A stretch of DNA of 57,102 nt, counting the filler, from Sphacelaria rigidula (taxonomy: Eukaryota): assembly GCA_964200075.2 (NCBI GenBank). It is 6 parts of 6 records of this genome, joined end to end, with 100 filler letters (N's around TTAATTAATTAA, not from the genome) between each part and the next. Parts side by side here need not be neighbours in the genome. Positions count along the whole stretch, not along the records: positions 1 to 9,435 come from CAXNAA020008507.1; positions 9,536 to 18,970 come from CAXNAA020008508.1; 4 more parts are not named here. One strand, 5' to 3'. The notes under the pieces are model-generated. The model ran no database searches, was not told where the DNA came from, and was given only the letters and a program-made list of their open reading frames with translations. The position numbers and the translations under genes are program-made. Positions 1 through 11,851 of the stretch are shown piece by piece (position 1 is the first letter of the stretch; each line of letters begins with the position of its first letter).

Positions 1-451
1 CCCCCCCCCTAAACGTTTCGGCTCTTTTCCCATTTGGAACAGTGTTGGGTGGTGTTCCCCCCCCCCCCCCCCCCCTCAAACACACGTCATCCATCGCATC
101 AACCTAACATATCGCATTAACTCGGGTATACTCTCTCGAAGAAAACGCGTTTCTACTGTACAGTACACCACGTTCAGTCGCGCCGGCTACGGAAAGACAG
201 GCTTGACGCCATTGTAGTTGACAAAGGTGAACAAAATACACTTTTGTTGTACCGAGGCACATGCGTTCCCAGGCGTCGGTGTGAGCAAAGAGACAACCAG
301 GGACCGTGCAATTTCGATAAGCTGACTTACAAACGCCGTTTTACATAAACCCGGTGTAGTCTAAGTACTCCCATTTAGGCACAACTCGGCTTTCCCTGAC
401 CACGAGAGGTGTATTGACCTGCCATGCCTGCTCCTCCCTCCGCCACACCAG

Positions 452-836
452 GTGGACTGCTTCGAAGACAACCCGGGGATCCTGATGTACGGTATGATGT
501 GCGTCGTGTACACCACCGGTATGTGGCTTCTGCTGGCCTCTTGGCTGGAGCTCCCTGTGTCCACCACCCACTCCACTGTGGGCGGTGTCGTCGGCATGGC
601 TATGGCCTACCGCGGGGCGGACTGCGTGCTCTGGCACGAGGACACCAATACGTTCCCTTTCGTGAAAGGGATTTCCTCCATCGTCGCGTCTTGGGCTCTG
701 TCTCCCGTGTTCTCCGGCTGCTTCTCCGTCGCGCTGTTCCTGTTCGTGCGTACGTTCGTGCTGAGATCTGAAGATTCGTACAAGAGATCGTTCTTCGTCT
801 TCCCTCTGCTGGTGCTGGCTACCGTCGCTGTGAACG
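452..836 (+). CDS. PiT/PHO4 (SLC20-like) inorganic phosphate transporter, internal exon; the 5' exons lie outside the window
   Basis: CAG acceptor at 449-451 and GTAAGC donor at 837. Encodes LPVSTTHSTVGGVVG and IVASWALSP, typical of the PHO4 N-terminal half, with hydrophobic TM segments. Confidence 0.93.
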
Positions 837-1679
837 GTAAGCATGCAACAGGAGTCGGGATTGACCTCGAGTGGACCGGATGGATAATGTAGGCTCCAAA
901 ACTAGTCCTGCGCGAAACTCGAGGACGAGAACCCGTGTTCGAGGAAAGAGTGGTTTCAGCAGTGCGGACGATCGCAATCGGATTTTGTAGAGGGCTCACA
1001 GTCAGTCTCGATGCCCCCCTTGCACAGCGTGCGCGGGACACTGGCTCAAATCAGCGTCCTGAGCAAAGCAGCGCACACTCTGCGGGGGGCACTGCATGTT
1101 AACCCTCCTTTGCCCGAGGGTATTCGGTCTGTTTGGGGGTTGAGGGCTAGGGTTAGCGATCGCACTTCCCCTCATCCGCCATGCGCAGCTTGGAATCCAC
1201 GGAAAACGCGCTATTACAGCGATGATGGCTTTTGAAGTATAGATGCATTGGCCACTGCATTCTTTCCATGCTACCTTGTTGATGTTTGACTGGTGGACGG
1301 GTGAGTGGTCGGCGTGGCCACGACCCAGTGACGTACTGTTGGACTACGAGCGTCTCGACAAGAACAGGGGAAGAGGAGATATGTCTGAGGTATGGCTACT
1401 TCGCTCATGCGTGTGTTGGAAAAGTCTCGAGCGAGTTGCAGACATGGCACACGCTGCAGAGCTAATGTCGCGTTGTTGTTTCCCCCGCACACGGTTCGAT
1501 TGTTTGCAGGCTCCCTTCTTTTTCACCAGGTCCGACACAGAGTATTGCTCGCGAACATTTCGTTTGTTTGTTTTTTTTGCAAAAATATTTATTTCGTGTT
1601 TTTTTTTTTTGCAAAAATATTTTTGATGATCTCGATACATTGGTGCTCGCTCCCTTTCCTTCGGCCGTTGTGATACCAG

Positions 1680-1861
1680 TGTTCTTCATCACGTACAAGG
1701 GAGCTTCGGGGCTTGATCTCGACGACACCTCCATCTCGACCGCGTTCGCTTGGGCTTTCGGCCTCGGTGGCGGATGCGCTTTGATCATGATTCCGACCGT
1801 GCTCCCCTACATCAAGAAGAAGGTGGAGCAAGTCTTCAACGAGGACGGAACTCTAAAAAAG
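1680..1861 (+). CDS. PiT/PHO4 transporter, penultimate exon
   Basis: CAG acceptor at 1677-1679 and GTGAGC donor at 1862. Phase-1 join with the previous exon gives VN-V-FFITYKGASGL; contains a TM segment. Confidence 0.9.
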
Positions 1862-2239
1862 GTGAGCTTCCACCCTTGCGGTTGACTGTAGGTTTTGACA
1901 AAAAATGTACGGGTGCGTTAAACGTAGGCTAAGGGCATGTACTCTCGAGACTAGGCGCGCTGGGTCACGAGTTTCCCCCTTCACCCAGTACATGCTTGAA
2001 CAGGGCGTGCACGTGTATACGACCGGCCTCGCAAGCGGACGTTCGTGCGATTTACGACGAAGCGCTTGCTCTCCAATAAAAACTGCCGCGAACTTTTTGC
2101 CATGCGTGTGTGAGGAAACGCAGTGATTTTCTCCCGCAGTGCAGGTTTTGTGCTGGGAACACGACCTGAAATTAACTACTATCGGGTTTTTTTTGTCATG
2201 TCGTTGGCCGGTGATGCTTTTTCCCCACGGCTGCCCCAG

Positions 2240-2944
2240 GTTGCCGAGAAGAAGACGTCGGCCTCCGGTCAGGGCGGTGTGGTAGGCTACGTGATGGGAC
2301 AGCTGAACCAGGACATCCACGCGTCCGTCAAAGAGTCCGAATACGTGTCGAGCATCCACAGCAACGCCGAGAAGTTTGACCCCCGAGCCGAGGAGGTATT
2401 CAAGTACGTGCAGGTCTTCACCGCCATCTGCGACTCCTTCTCCCACGGCGCCAATGACGTGGCGAACGCCATGGGACCCTTCGCGGCCATTTACGCCACC
2501 TACATAAACGGTGGCGTGGACTCGTCGAGCGATCTCGGGAACGACGCATTCTGGATCCTGGCTTTGGGTGGCGTGGGTATCGTCGTGGGTCTCGCCCTGT
2601 ACGGTTACAAGATCATCTCCGCCATCGGCGTAAAGATCGCCAAGATCACTCCGTCTCGTGGATTCGCGATCGAGCTCGGATCCGCGATGATGGTCATCGT
2701 CGGGTCCCGTCTCGAGATCCCGCTGTCCACTACCCACTGCCAAGTGGGTTCTACCACGGCTGTGGCGCTCCTCGAGGGTGTGGGCGGTGTCAACTACACC
2801 GTTCTCGGCAAAACCGTGCTCGGCTGGATTTTCACCATCGTCATCTGTGCGCTCACGTGCGCCTTCATCTTCTCCCTGGGCGCCTACGCGCCGTACGTGT
2901 ATGACACCGTGGAGTTGCCCCCTGAAACATCGACTTCCACTTAA
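2240..2944 (+). CDS. PiT/PHO4 transporter, terminal exon
   Basis: CAG acceptor at 2237-2239, phase 0. Contains SFSHGANDVANAMGP, ITPSRGFAIEL and PLSTTHCQVGS (second PHO4 repeat). TAA stop at 2942-2944. Confidence 0.95.
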   Translation, partial: VAEKKTSASGQGGVVGYVMGQLNQDIHASVKESEYVSSIHSNAEKFDPRAEEVFKYVQVFTAICDSFSHGANDVANAMGPFAAIYATYINGGVDSSSDLGNDAFWILALGGVGIVVGLALYGYKIISAIGVKIAKITPSRGFAIELGSAMMVIVGSRLEIPLSTTHCQVGSTTAVALLEGVGGVNYTVLGKTVLGWIFTIVICALTCAFIFSLGAYAPYVYDTVELPPETSTST

Positions 2945-5269
2945 GTAACGAGAGTTTTATTTTTTAAATGGGTTGGCATTTCGAAGACTACAAGCGGGCG
3001 CTGTTGTACGTACGTAACTCCCCGACGTGGAGAAGATGGGGGGAGGAAGGCGTCCTCTCTCACGTCGATGCCTGCCTATTTTTCTTTTTTTTGCCTCAAT
3101 ATTTTTTCTTGTACTGTGTTTTATCTAATGTGATGACTGTTGTTTTTCCATCTCCTTTTTCCTACACCGTGGAGTATCATGATTTGTGGACGAGGGGTCT
3201 CTTCTTCAATTTAATGGCTTTGTTATGACGACTGGGTGTATTTACGTGCCCGGCGGTGTACTGGTATATGACCTGTATATTCATGGACACGGGTTGGAGT
3301 TTTGAAAGTTGGAGAGTTCAAGACTACATCCAGGGTCCCCATAGACTCCGTGGGCGATTATCGGAAGCTAGTCAGATATTTGCGTTGGCGAGTAGATTCG
3401 TGTTTTAGACCTTTTCTTCCTACATGTAGATATCTCACCCGATGCCTCTCCCGGAGAAAAGATTGATGGATGATGCGTGCTCTCTTCCATTCCGTTTTAT
3501 TATTTTTATGGAAACGCACTGACGAAAGTATTGGAATTCATTGCGCTTTTGCACTGTCAGGGTGACGAAACCCGCCGCAATCTTGGAAAGTGGAGAGCTT
3601 TTGCGGTCTGCGTCGTATGCAGGTGGCACATCTAGAGCAAGCATTGCTGCGATCGAAACTGAATTTTAAAACCCAGCAGCAGCGAGCTCTCGTGCCCGAA
3701 AAGTGGTTCATTTTTTCGACCCATGTCGTGGGTGGTGCGTACCCAATTTGCCTGCTGTGCCTGAAGCCCTCACCAAGTTTCGTGCTGGAGGAGTGTGCTT
3801 GACGACCGGGGCGGCCTCATCGCATGATGTGCAGCGACTCGAGCCTATTCTAGTTTTCTGGAGTAGGTGCTGTCCAACTCGGACGTCAGGCGTTGTGGCT
3901 TCATCTGTATCCCTGGACCTCAGGAACACGTTGAGCTATGTCGGGTTCTGCCAAAGCTTTGACGGCGAACTTCCCGTGATCCATGATGCGTCTATTTTTT
4001 CGCGCAGAAGAAACATCTCCTGCAGCAGACGTTACGATTCACTCCACGATACTGTCGATTGATGATGGGATAATCACGGTCGAGCCTCCCCGCAAGTGAA
4101 CAACGTCCTCGCGATATCACAAACGTGAAGTTGTTCGCGATGGTGGCCATCAAACGGTCGAATCGTCCGAAGCGGTGTTAACCCCACTAAAAGGACGTGA
4201 TCTGGCCGTCATTTTGGCGCAGTCAGGTACATGACTTCGGTGACCGTCCTTCCATGATATATGACCAAAAAAGTGCCGAACACTTTTTTTCAAGTTTAAC
4301 AGATTTTCCCTCCATAACCCTGCACTCACCACGTCCATTTTAAGTATTTTTGCGCCAAACTCCCGTCAGATCACGGGCTTCTCAGGACGCGACGGCCGCC
4401 TCGAACGATTTGACCGTCTCGATGGCGTGAATCACGAAGAACTTCCTGTTGACAAAAAAAACTTTCATCTCACTGACAAGTAGTTGTCGAGTATTGTGCC
4501 TTGTGGAAAGTTGTCAGTGGTGGTGTGTTACTCCCAAATTTAGCGAAATACGTGGGACAAGTGAAGGTAGCAAGAACGCGCTCGCTGCTGTGTAGGAATC
4601 AGTGCCGTGCTCATCGCACGCTCTTGTCAACTCTATCGTGACACGAGCATATCGGCAGGGGGGCAGAATCCACCTGTTTTGTATGGAGATGCTCCTGTGT
4701 GATAATCCGATAAAACATCACCAACTGCCTGAAAAAAAACTGGAATATCTAAAATAGTAACAAGTACGCGTACCATCGTCTGTCAAAATGTGCGACGCAG
4801 TCAGTCGCGAGCTCTGTCACTTGAATTTTTTACACGAAATTTTGTGTTTATTATAGGGGCCCCGTAGCGATATTTAGCAGGCACACTCCCGAAGCCCTCT
4901 ACTCGGGAAAAGAACGTACGCATGCTACTGTGCCGTTCTCCAAAATACTGCGCGCGATGAACTCGTGGTGGTTGTCTGGAAATTACTTGATTTTAGTGAT
5001 ACCGTACCGTACGAATCAACCCTTGGACTTTCTTTTCAGCGTTGGAACCCAGGTACGCGCAGCACAGGCCCGTGGAATGGCGCAAAAATGGCGTGGAGAC
5101 CTTTGTGACCACCGGTAAAAATTGCCTCCTTGTTGAGTAATCAGGCCTGAACAATCGTGGGTTTGGTGATTCGAACCGGGGATGATTCGTTCGAACCGTG
5201 ACCTAGTGTGATATTTTAAGTTCATATTTGCACCCAACACACATCGTGTATGTACGCTTGCACAACCGG

Positions 5270-5546
5270 TCGCCCCGGCGGCTCAGTTGGTAACCTTGGA
5301 GGCTTCTGACGGTTGGGACGTGTGGGTTTGAATCTCGGTGAAGTCACGCGCGATCTGGGATATTTTCTCGCATCATGCCCAACAGTGGAGGGCGACTGTG
5401 TGGTGGGTAGACGTGGAATATGACCTTACCGTCGACAAGGGAGAGAGGTCGCTGAATCCTTCTCGCGATAAAGAGTATAATAAGGCAAGCACCGCGGAGG
5501 ACGATGGAGTACTTCTGTAGAACAAGAAAAGAAATGATGAAAAAAA
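5270..5546 (+). mobile_element. tRNA-derived SINE (family A)
   Basis: A-box GGCTCAGTTGG (~5280) and B-box-like GGTTTGAATCT (~5325), a unique body, and an A-rich tail at 5521-5546. No full cloverleaf. Confidence 0.65.
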
Positions 5547-5879
5547 CTCTTGCTGTGGCCTAACTCCTGTGTGACCTCGGTTGATACGCCCACATATACC
5601 GGAAGGTGTAGACTGGTGTCCAGAATAGATTACAACACACAGTTGTATATATATATATATATATATATATATGGTGCGTGCGGGGGGGTGCTGCCTGCAT
5701 TGTGAAACCCCAGTTTTTTTTATCCGACAACAACAGCTGCAAAACCTGGTGAGATAAATAATATATTTGTAAATGTCGGGTGGCAGCAGCTGTGAGAAAT
5801 CCGCATTTGGATTGGAAACAATTCTGATACACCCTTACTTTGCCGGGGGAAATCGTTGACGAGGGAGGGGGCGTATAAT

Positions 5880-6050
5880 ACGGGTTTTTTTTTCATGATT
5901 TCCACCGTGGAAAGCGTGAGAACGTGAGTAAACAAAGTAGTCGACTGGGTTTGTGTGAAGTGAGTTGACGCGGTGCGGGAGTACTCACCCAATCCGCGAG
6001 ACCAAAATGAAAGGCGCGTATCGGGGGAGAGATGGATTATATGCTGTCTT
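5880..6050 (+). repeat. Partial copy of SINE family B body
   Basis: TTTCCACCGTGGAAAGCGTGAG...AAACAAAGTAGTCGACTGGGTT matches the reverse complement of 54620-54680. Confidence 0.7.
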
Positions 6051-6271
6051 CTGTAGTATCTTGCCACTGAAGCCCTTGAAATCCCTGAGTAGGATGTTTA
6101 CGTGTGTAGCTGTAAGCACATGCCAGTGATACAGGCAGACAAAGAAAAGCACACATGGGATGAAAGATTGGCTAGTAGTGAACGCAACTGATGAAACCCA
6201 CCACTCCCAAAAATCAGCGCTCTGTCTACTACTCTCTACCTCACGAAAACACTGTTGGAGGAAGTTTCATT

Positions 6272-6533
6272 GAGCAATGGTACGGTAGGTGTGCACTTTT
6301 TGCGCGAAATCTTGTCTGGTTCGGGGGCTCCTACATATTCTTCATGCACGGAAATATGGGTCAGGGCACCCCCGTTTGCAAATTTATTCGGGACATCCCT
6401 AGCACATTGTAATAGTAATCCTGTCGTACTCTCACATGTATATTTTATAAGTCGTGTTTGGCATGAGATGAAGGGATCCTAACAAAAATAACCTCGGAAA
6501 ATATTTGTGCACCCCTACCGTAGCATCCCTCTC
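6272..6533. mobile_element. MITE with GAG-starting TIRs (Sola-like), copy 1
   Basis: TIR core TGCTACGGTAGGGGTGCAC at both ends; body matches the copies at 7925 and 8674 in inverted orientation. Confidence 0.8.
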
Positions 6534-6955
6534 CTTTGCGAAAAAGACCGAAGAGTGTAGGAAGAAAAAACTTGATGGCGACGCTAATACGCAGTAGTAC
6601 CACTCGGGTCATCATCGTCTGAAACTACGAATTATTAGTACAGTAAGAGTCACTAGGTACTCTGTACGTACGTGGTACGAAGATGTTCTCTCACCGACTT
6701 TACATGTCATGAGCGAAATTATTGCTCACCTGTTCCCCGGGTCATCCGTACTGTACCGTGCCTGTTGCGCCTCCTTACGGCCAGGGGTATAACAGGTTCG
6801 TTCATGGTATCGCATGGTCCAAAGAACTTCTTCACGAGTTGGGTGTAACGAAAAACAAACGCTCATGTACTATATTACTGGTTATCACATCATCTATATT
6901 CTCCAGTCAGTAATAACAACACACGAAGATCACAGGTACAATGAACGCACTCTAA

Positions 6956-7385
6956 CAACAGCCTGGATTCGTTATTGAGGTTCAACATTGTGATGAGTTT
7001 CAACTCGAAAAGAGTGCTTTCCCTGACCACCTAAAGTCATGACCAATGAAATTCACATGGACGGCCTCATGCCCCCCGACCTTCTTGAAACTATTTCGGT
7101 GGTTGCCCGTCTTCCGTGCCCCTAAAGTGTATACGCGAAAGCACCAATTTCCGGCTAAAAACGTCCCCTTTTTCGCCCCGATATCGAGGCGAAAAGGTGC
7201 TTCCTTCCGCACATACGCTTTGGGGGCACGGAAGACGGGCAACCCCCGAAATAGTTTCAAGGAGGTCGGGGAGCATGAGGTCGTTCATATGTAATTCATT
7301 GGTCGTGACTTCAGGTCAGGGAAGGCACCCTTTTCGAGTTGAAACTCATCAAAATGTTGAACCTCAAAAACGAATCCAGACTGTT
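6956..7385. mobile_element. Foldback/palindromic non-autonomous DNA element (~430 bp)
   Basis: Arms of ~180 bp are reverse complements (AACAGCCTGGATTCG...CGAATCCAGACTGTT). CTCTAA is present on both flanks. A related arm lies at 19080-19223. Confidence 0.85.
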
Positions 7386-7924
7386 CTCTAATCGTGGGCA
7401 GAACTGCAGTAGTCCTGGTGAAAGCTGATTTTTTCGTGAACGGTAGCAACGCGCGTGTCTTTGTGTGTATGCGTATGTGTGTCTATGTTTCGTCCCATCA
7501 TTTATTCCGGGCTCATGATCCGGTGTATGTCGGAGCCATTCTACGGTAGGGGTCGCACATTTGAGTTGTGCTACGGTAGGGGTACCCCAATATTTTCTGG
7601 GCCAGCGTGCTGGACATGGGTATAGACTCTTGCACACTCGCACTACTTCATCTAGGACTAAATGGCGCTGCAGGGGCCTTCTTGTGAATTTCATCACTTT
7701 GACTTGAAAACAATACAAATGGACACCTGCCGCTAACACATCGTCGTGGGGGGGGGGGGGGAAGAACCACAGACATACCATCGTGGGGAGTCCGGTCCCA
7801 AAAGGGCTCAATGAGTTGTCACACGCGAAACCTGATGGTATTATGAATATTTTCCTTTCCGCACATACGTTGTAACCTCTCGAAGCCGTGGTCACAGCCG
7901 TAGACTCGCCCTTTTCCAGTACCG

Positions 7925-8183
7925 GAGTGATGATACGGTAGGGGTGCACAAATATTTTCTGAGGTTATAATGGTTGGGAGCCCTTTATCTCATGCCGAAC
8001 ACTACTTACGACAATATGTGGGAGTACGCCAGGATTACTACTCCAATGTGCTTTCGATATCCTGAATGAATATCCGAACGGGGATGCCCTGACCCATATT
8101 CTTGTACATCTAGAATTTTTGGGAGCCGCCCTGAACCAGACAATATCTCGCGCAAAAAGTGCACCCCTACCGTAGCATTGCTC
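7925..8183. mobile_element. MITE with GAG-starting TIRs (Sola-like), copy 2
   Basis: GAGTGATGATACGGTAGGGGTGCAC...GTGCACCCCTACCGTAGCATTGCTC flanked by an exact 4-bp TSD ACCG (7921-7924 and 8184-8187). Confidence 0.85.
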
Positions 8184-8673
8184 ACCGTCGCTAGTATACA
8201 TTCCCCGTTGCATGTATGTTTTGCTCGATTGTCGTATATTATACTTTATACAAGAGCACAATGAATACCTCCTCCGGGAGGTACGCAAGCCCTCTCCTTC
8301 ACAGGCAACCAAAAATCATCGCGTCCGGCGTGGATTAGGCCAAGACAATGATGAACGATATGAGGCATGTTTCGTGCCACGGGTGAGCTTTTTTTCTTTC
8401 TTTCTTTTCCAAGGGCAAGCTCAGCTTCCGTTGGAGTACACATCCTCTGAACACCCCCGACGCGCACATTCGCGCAGGAGGTTCCGATCGGCCATTGCCC
8501 TTAGGTTGCCACATGCTTCGCTCGGCAGGTTAACAGTCAGCATGCCGCATGGGTAACGGTGAAAAATGCGACCCACAGTAACCACTGTTTAAGCTCATAG
8601 TACCGATGGAACTACCCGTCTGATGGTAGATGTGCCACGGCAAGGATCACGCGGCGAACGGGATCTCTCGGCA

Positions 8674-8930
8674 GAGTGATTCTACGGTAGGGGTGCACTA
8701 ATGTTTCTGAGGTTAGAATTGTTAGAAGCCCTGTATCTCATCCAAAACACCACTCACGAAATATGTGATAGTACGCCAGGATGGCTATTTCAATGTGCTG
8801 GAGATATCCCGAATGAATTTGCAAACGGGGATGCCCTGACCCATATTCTTGTGCAGTCTACAATCGTTAAGAGCCCCTGAACCAGACAAAATTTCGCGCG
8901 AAAAGTGCACCCCTACCGTAGCATTTGCTG
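8674..8930. mobile_element. MITE with GAG-starting TIRs (Sola-like), copy 3
   Basis: Same TIRs and body; flanks GGCA/GGGA may be a degraded TSD. Confidence 0.8.
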
Positions 8931-9054
8931 GGGAGTGGAGAATCTTTCGCTTCGAAAAAGTCCCCTTTCATAGTGGTGAGCAAAACGGACCACCGCTGGT
9001 GGAATATATCTACCTTTGATCGTGCAGAATCATACATCCCTCGATTGTCGCACT

Positions 9055-9270
9055 TCAACTGTTCCCCCAGGTAGTCATGATCCAGGCGTGGTGTTTGTCA
9101 TTATCCACAAGATAGACGCACCCTAGATGAAAAACAAAATGGAAACACTCGCTGAAGAGAAGTGGAGGACACAGAATGGTAAATACAGACAATAGTAGAC
9201 TTGATAAAACAAAATAGAAAAAAAAAAGACAAGAAAAAGCAAACACCACAAACGAAATAAAGCACCCCTT
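9055..9270 (-). repeat. Dispersed repeat, probable retroposon 3' end; other copies at ~14752-14880 and 36585-36845
   Basis: Shared AACTG-TCCCCAG-TAGTCATGATCCA...ATCCACAAGATA...GGAAACAC-CTCGC with the 36.6 kb copy; the 14.8 kb copy is more divergent. Strand is inferred. Confidence 0.65.
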
Positions 9271-9435
9271 TATTGTCCACTCATTTATTCATTCGTCACA
9301 TTATCGACCTCTCCTCGGGATGAGTCCGCCGTATCAATGGATCCCCCCCCCCCCCCCCCCCCCGCGCCCCCTCCTGCAGGGGATTGGTGTCCCATTGTTA
9401 GACGTACTGAGCGGAACGCAAGAGAGTAGATCGGC

Positions 9436-9535
9436 NNNNNNNNNNNNNNNNNNNNNNNNNNNNNNNNNNNNNNNNNNNNTTAATTAATTAANNNNNNNNN
9501 NNNNNNNNNNNNNNNNNNNNNNNNNNNNNNNNNNN
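9436..9535. other. Artificial contig linker (N44-TTAATTAATTAA-N44); also at 18971-19070, 28504-28603, 38037-38136 and 47570-47669
   Basis: Identical 100-nt spacers with stop codons in all six frames, separating pieces of 9433-9435 bp. Confidence 0.98.
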
Positions 9536-9586
9536 TCGTCATCGTCATCATCATCATCATCATCATCGTCGTCGTCGTCGTCATCG

Positions 9587-9651
<65 letters not shown>

Positions 9652-9708
9652 GTCGTCGTCATCGTCATCGTCATCATCATAATCATAATCATAATCATAA
9701 TCATAATT

Positions 9709-9746
<38 letters not shown>

Positions 9747-9801
9747 TGTCGTCGTCGTCGTCGTCGTCGTCATCGTCATCATCATCATCATCATCATTAT
9801 C
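9536..9801. repeat. Compound (TCA/TCG/TAATCA)n microsatellite
   Basis: Directly visible at the start of a contig. Confidence 0.97.
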
Positions 9802-10609
9802 ACTCTTGTTTTGTCGGAATGAAGCCTCATACAAAAAAATATTTCTATTGCAACGTGTCAATGTATAGATCTCGATGAAGTCTTACATTGTTCTCAATAA
9901 AGTTTCGTATGGTTCACACGTGGGACAGATCATTATCCGTCAAAAAAATACTTCATATCAGTGTACTGCTATAGATCATGATCTGGATCATTTGGCCCCC
10001 CTGTTCCAGGCTTGCTCCCTACAGCGCCGGACGCCGAGCACGCCGAGTAGCGCAAAGGCTGCGCTTTGATTTTTCTGACTCCGCAGTCACATACTTCGTG
10101 TTTTTGAACCAACGGATGCGAGAGTCTTCTTTGATCAGTTATTTTAGACGGATCACGATCTGTCCGATATGTGGTATAGTTATGAATCCAAAAGCAGCAT
10201 ATAGAGCTCTAACGTCAACCTGCCGGGTCCGCCCGGACAAAGGGGAAATTTCTGGCGGAGTTTCAAAAGGATGAGTTGACCTGCCAAACAATATTCGCAA
10301 ATGACGATAAAATTTGCCGCGCCCGGGGTTATACTGATTATGCCATCGGCCGCCGCTTTGGGCGGAGCAGTAGCAGTGGGTAAAAAGAAAAACACAGTAC
10401 AAAGTACGAATAGTCCTTCGCTTGCTGGTTTTCGTTGTGGAAAGAGTACATACGTGAGTTGACAACAGTGTGAATGAAGTCGACCGGTTGTGGGCTACAG
10501 AAGAGTTGATAGCCACCATCCATGGCTCGACAACAAATCGTCTCCCCCAGGTACCAGTGGAGATTACGGGCCCATCCTGAGGAGCGATGTGTGTGTATGG
10601 GGGGGTGCG

Positions 10610-10725
10610 GGGGTGGGGGGATGTACTCATGATGTCGCATGCCATAGGCATATGACCATTGGCCTCGCATCCCTACAAAGTCGGGACGGATCACGCCGGG
10701 TTTTCGCCGGACCAGGCTCGGGGGT
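10610..10725. repeat. Dispersed repeat family (GGGGTGTACTCATGAT...); copies at ~28350-28503 (inverted), 46635-46680 and 53790-53885
   Basis: Shared G-run followed by TGTACTCATGATSTYGCATGCCRTAGKCAT and, in the longer copies, GACCATTGRCCTCGCATCYCTACAAA. Confidence 0.8.
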
Positions 10726-11170
10726 GTGGGTGTGGGTGTGTGTGAGGAAGGGGATAGGCAAAAGTACGGGAGGGTAAAGTGAAGCAATATTTTTGGGCGA
10801 TTATTTTTCTCAGCCGCCAGGGTCTAAGTAAGTCGGCATACTTCGCGACTCTGCTGCTACTCAACCACAAGCATTGTAAATTTCAACGAGTGACCATGGG
10901 CAAGTACGGCACATAAAAGTACACTCCATGCCAACAAACTGAACGCTGGTTGTGTCCAACGTAAATGAACGCGCAGGGAGAGTCGCGTTTCTCCAAGAGG
11001 AACGAGGTTGCGATGCCACAAAAATAGAGCAACTCGTATTTTCACCGTTGGCTGACTACACTAGTTTTCACCCACGGCACCACACTCACGGCATCATGTC
11101 AACAAGGAATGATTCATGGTTCTCGCTGCTGTGCGGGCTTGCGTATTTGGCGTCGTTGCGTGGCAGGCAG

Positions 11171-11233
11171 GATGGTCGTTTCAGCGAGGACATCGTACTC
11201 GAGCATCTCAAAAGGAAACTGCTCAGGGGACAG
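11171..11233 (+). CDS. PH-domain protein, first visible exon
   Basis: CAG acceptor and CAG|GTACGT donor; encodes DGRFSEDIVLEHLKRKLLRGQ, in frame with the next exon. Confidence 0.7.
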
Positions 11234-11239
11234 GTACGT

Positions 11240-11240
11240 C

Positions 11241-11277
<37 letters not shown>

Positions 11278-11292
11278 GCAGCAACGATAACA
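11240..11292. repeat. (CAA)n microsatellite, intronic
   Basis: Directly visible just after the splice donor. Confidence 0.95.
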
Positions 11293-11487
11293 ACACTGTA
11301 TCAGTACCTCATTAACGGGAGGCGGGCTTTTTACGGCCTATGTGTTTTGTGTTCATTATATGTTTTGTGTTCATCACCACTTCGATTCGCTTTTCAGCAG
11401 ATACTTGGAAACGAAGAAGAAAATTGTTTTTATTTTGCCTGCTCTCCTGGCCGAGAAAGGTAAGTCCTGGCCGAGAACGCTAAGCAC

Positions 11488-11490
11488 GCG

Positions 11491-11557
<67 letters not shown>
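11488..11557. repeat. (CG)n(CA)n microsatellite
   Basis: Directly visible. Confidence 0.97.
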
Positions 11558-11560
<3 letters not shown>

Positions 11561-11696
11561 GCGCCGGAAAAGAAGAGATTCCGCTTTGCCGGCGCTGACG
11601 CCTCACTGTGAATGCTGTAGTGTTTTACGTCGTTTCTATTCCGTTCCGTTCCTCCCTTGGTGGCTCGGTCGCGATCGATGGACATTCGACGATAAG

Positions 11697-11851
11697 ACTG
11701 TACTACGGTATCCAAAGCACAAGGGCCTACTTGGCAGCAAGCCATACCTCACCCGCCTCTCCATCGACGAGCACAACCTGTACTACGAGGGCAGGGACCG
11801 TGCCAGTCAGCAGGAGGGCTCTCGCCGCAGCATTCTACTCTACAGACTCAA
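11697..11851 (+). CDS. PH-domain protein exon
   Basis: AAG acceptor and AA|GTAAGG donor (phase 2); encodes TVLRYPKHKGLLGSKPYLTRLSIDEHNLYYEG...SILLYRLK. Confidence 0.75.

Noticed and set aside
1853..2743. 296-aa minus-strand ORF (and 341-844)
   Set aside because: Antisense shadow of the GC-rich PiT exons.
3480..4340. Cys-rich, transposase-like relic
   Set aside because: Fragments such as CLLC (+) and CSRCATC (-) occur on both strands with no consistent domain or termini.
5270..5350. tRNA gene
   Set aside because: A and B boxes are present but there is no acceptor stem or cloverleaf, and the sequence continues into a SINE body.
9480..9861. Poly-Asp and poly-Met ORFs
   Set aside because: These are translations of a microsatellite running into the linker.
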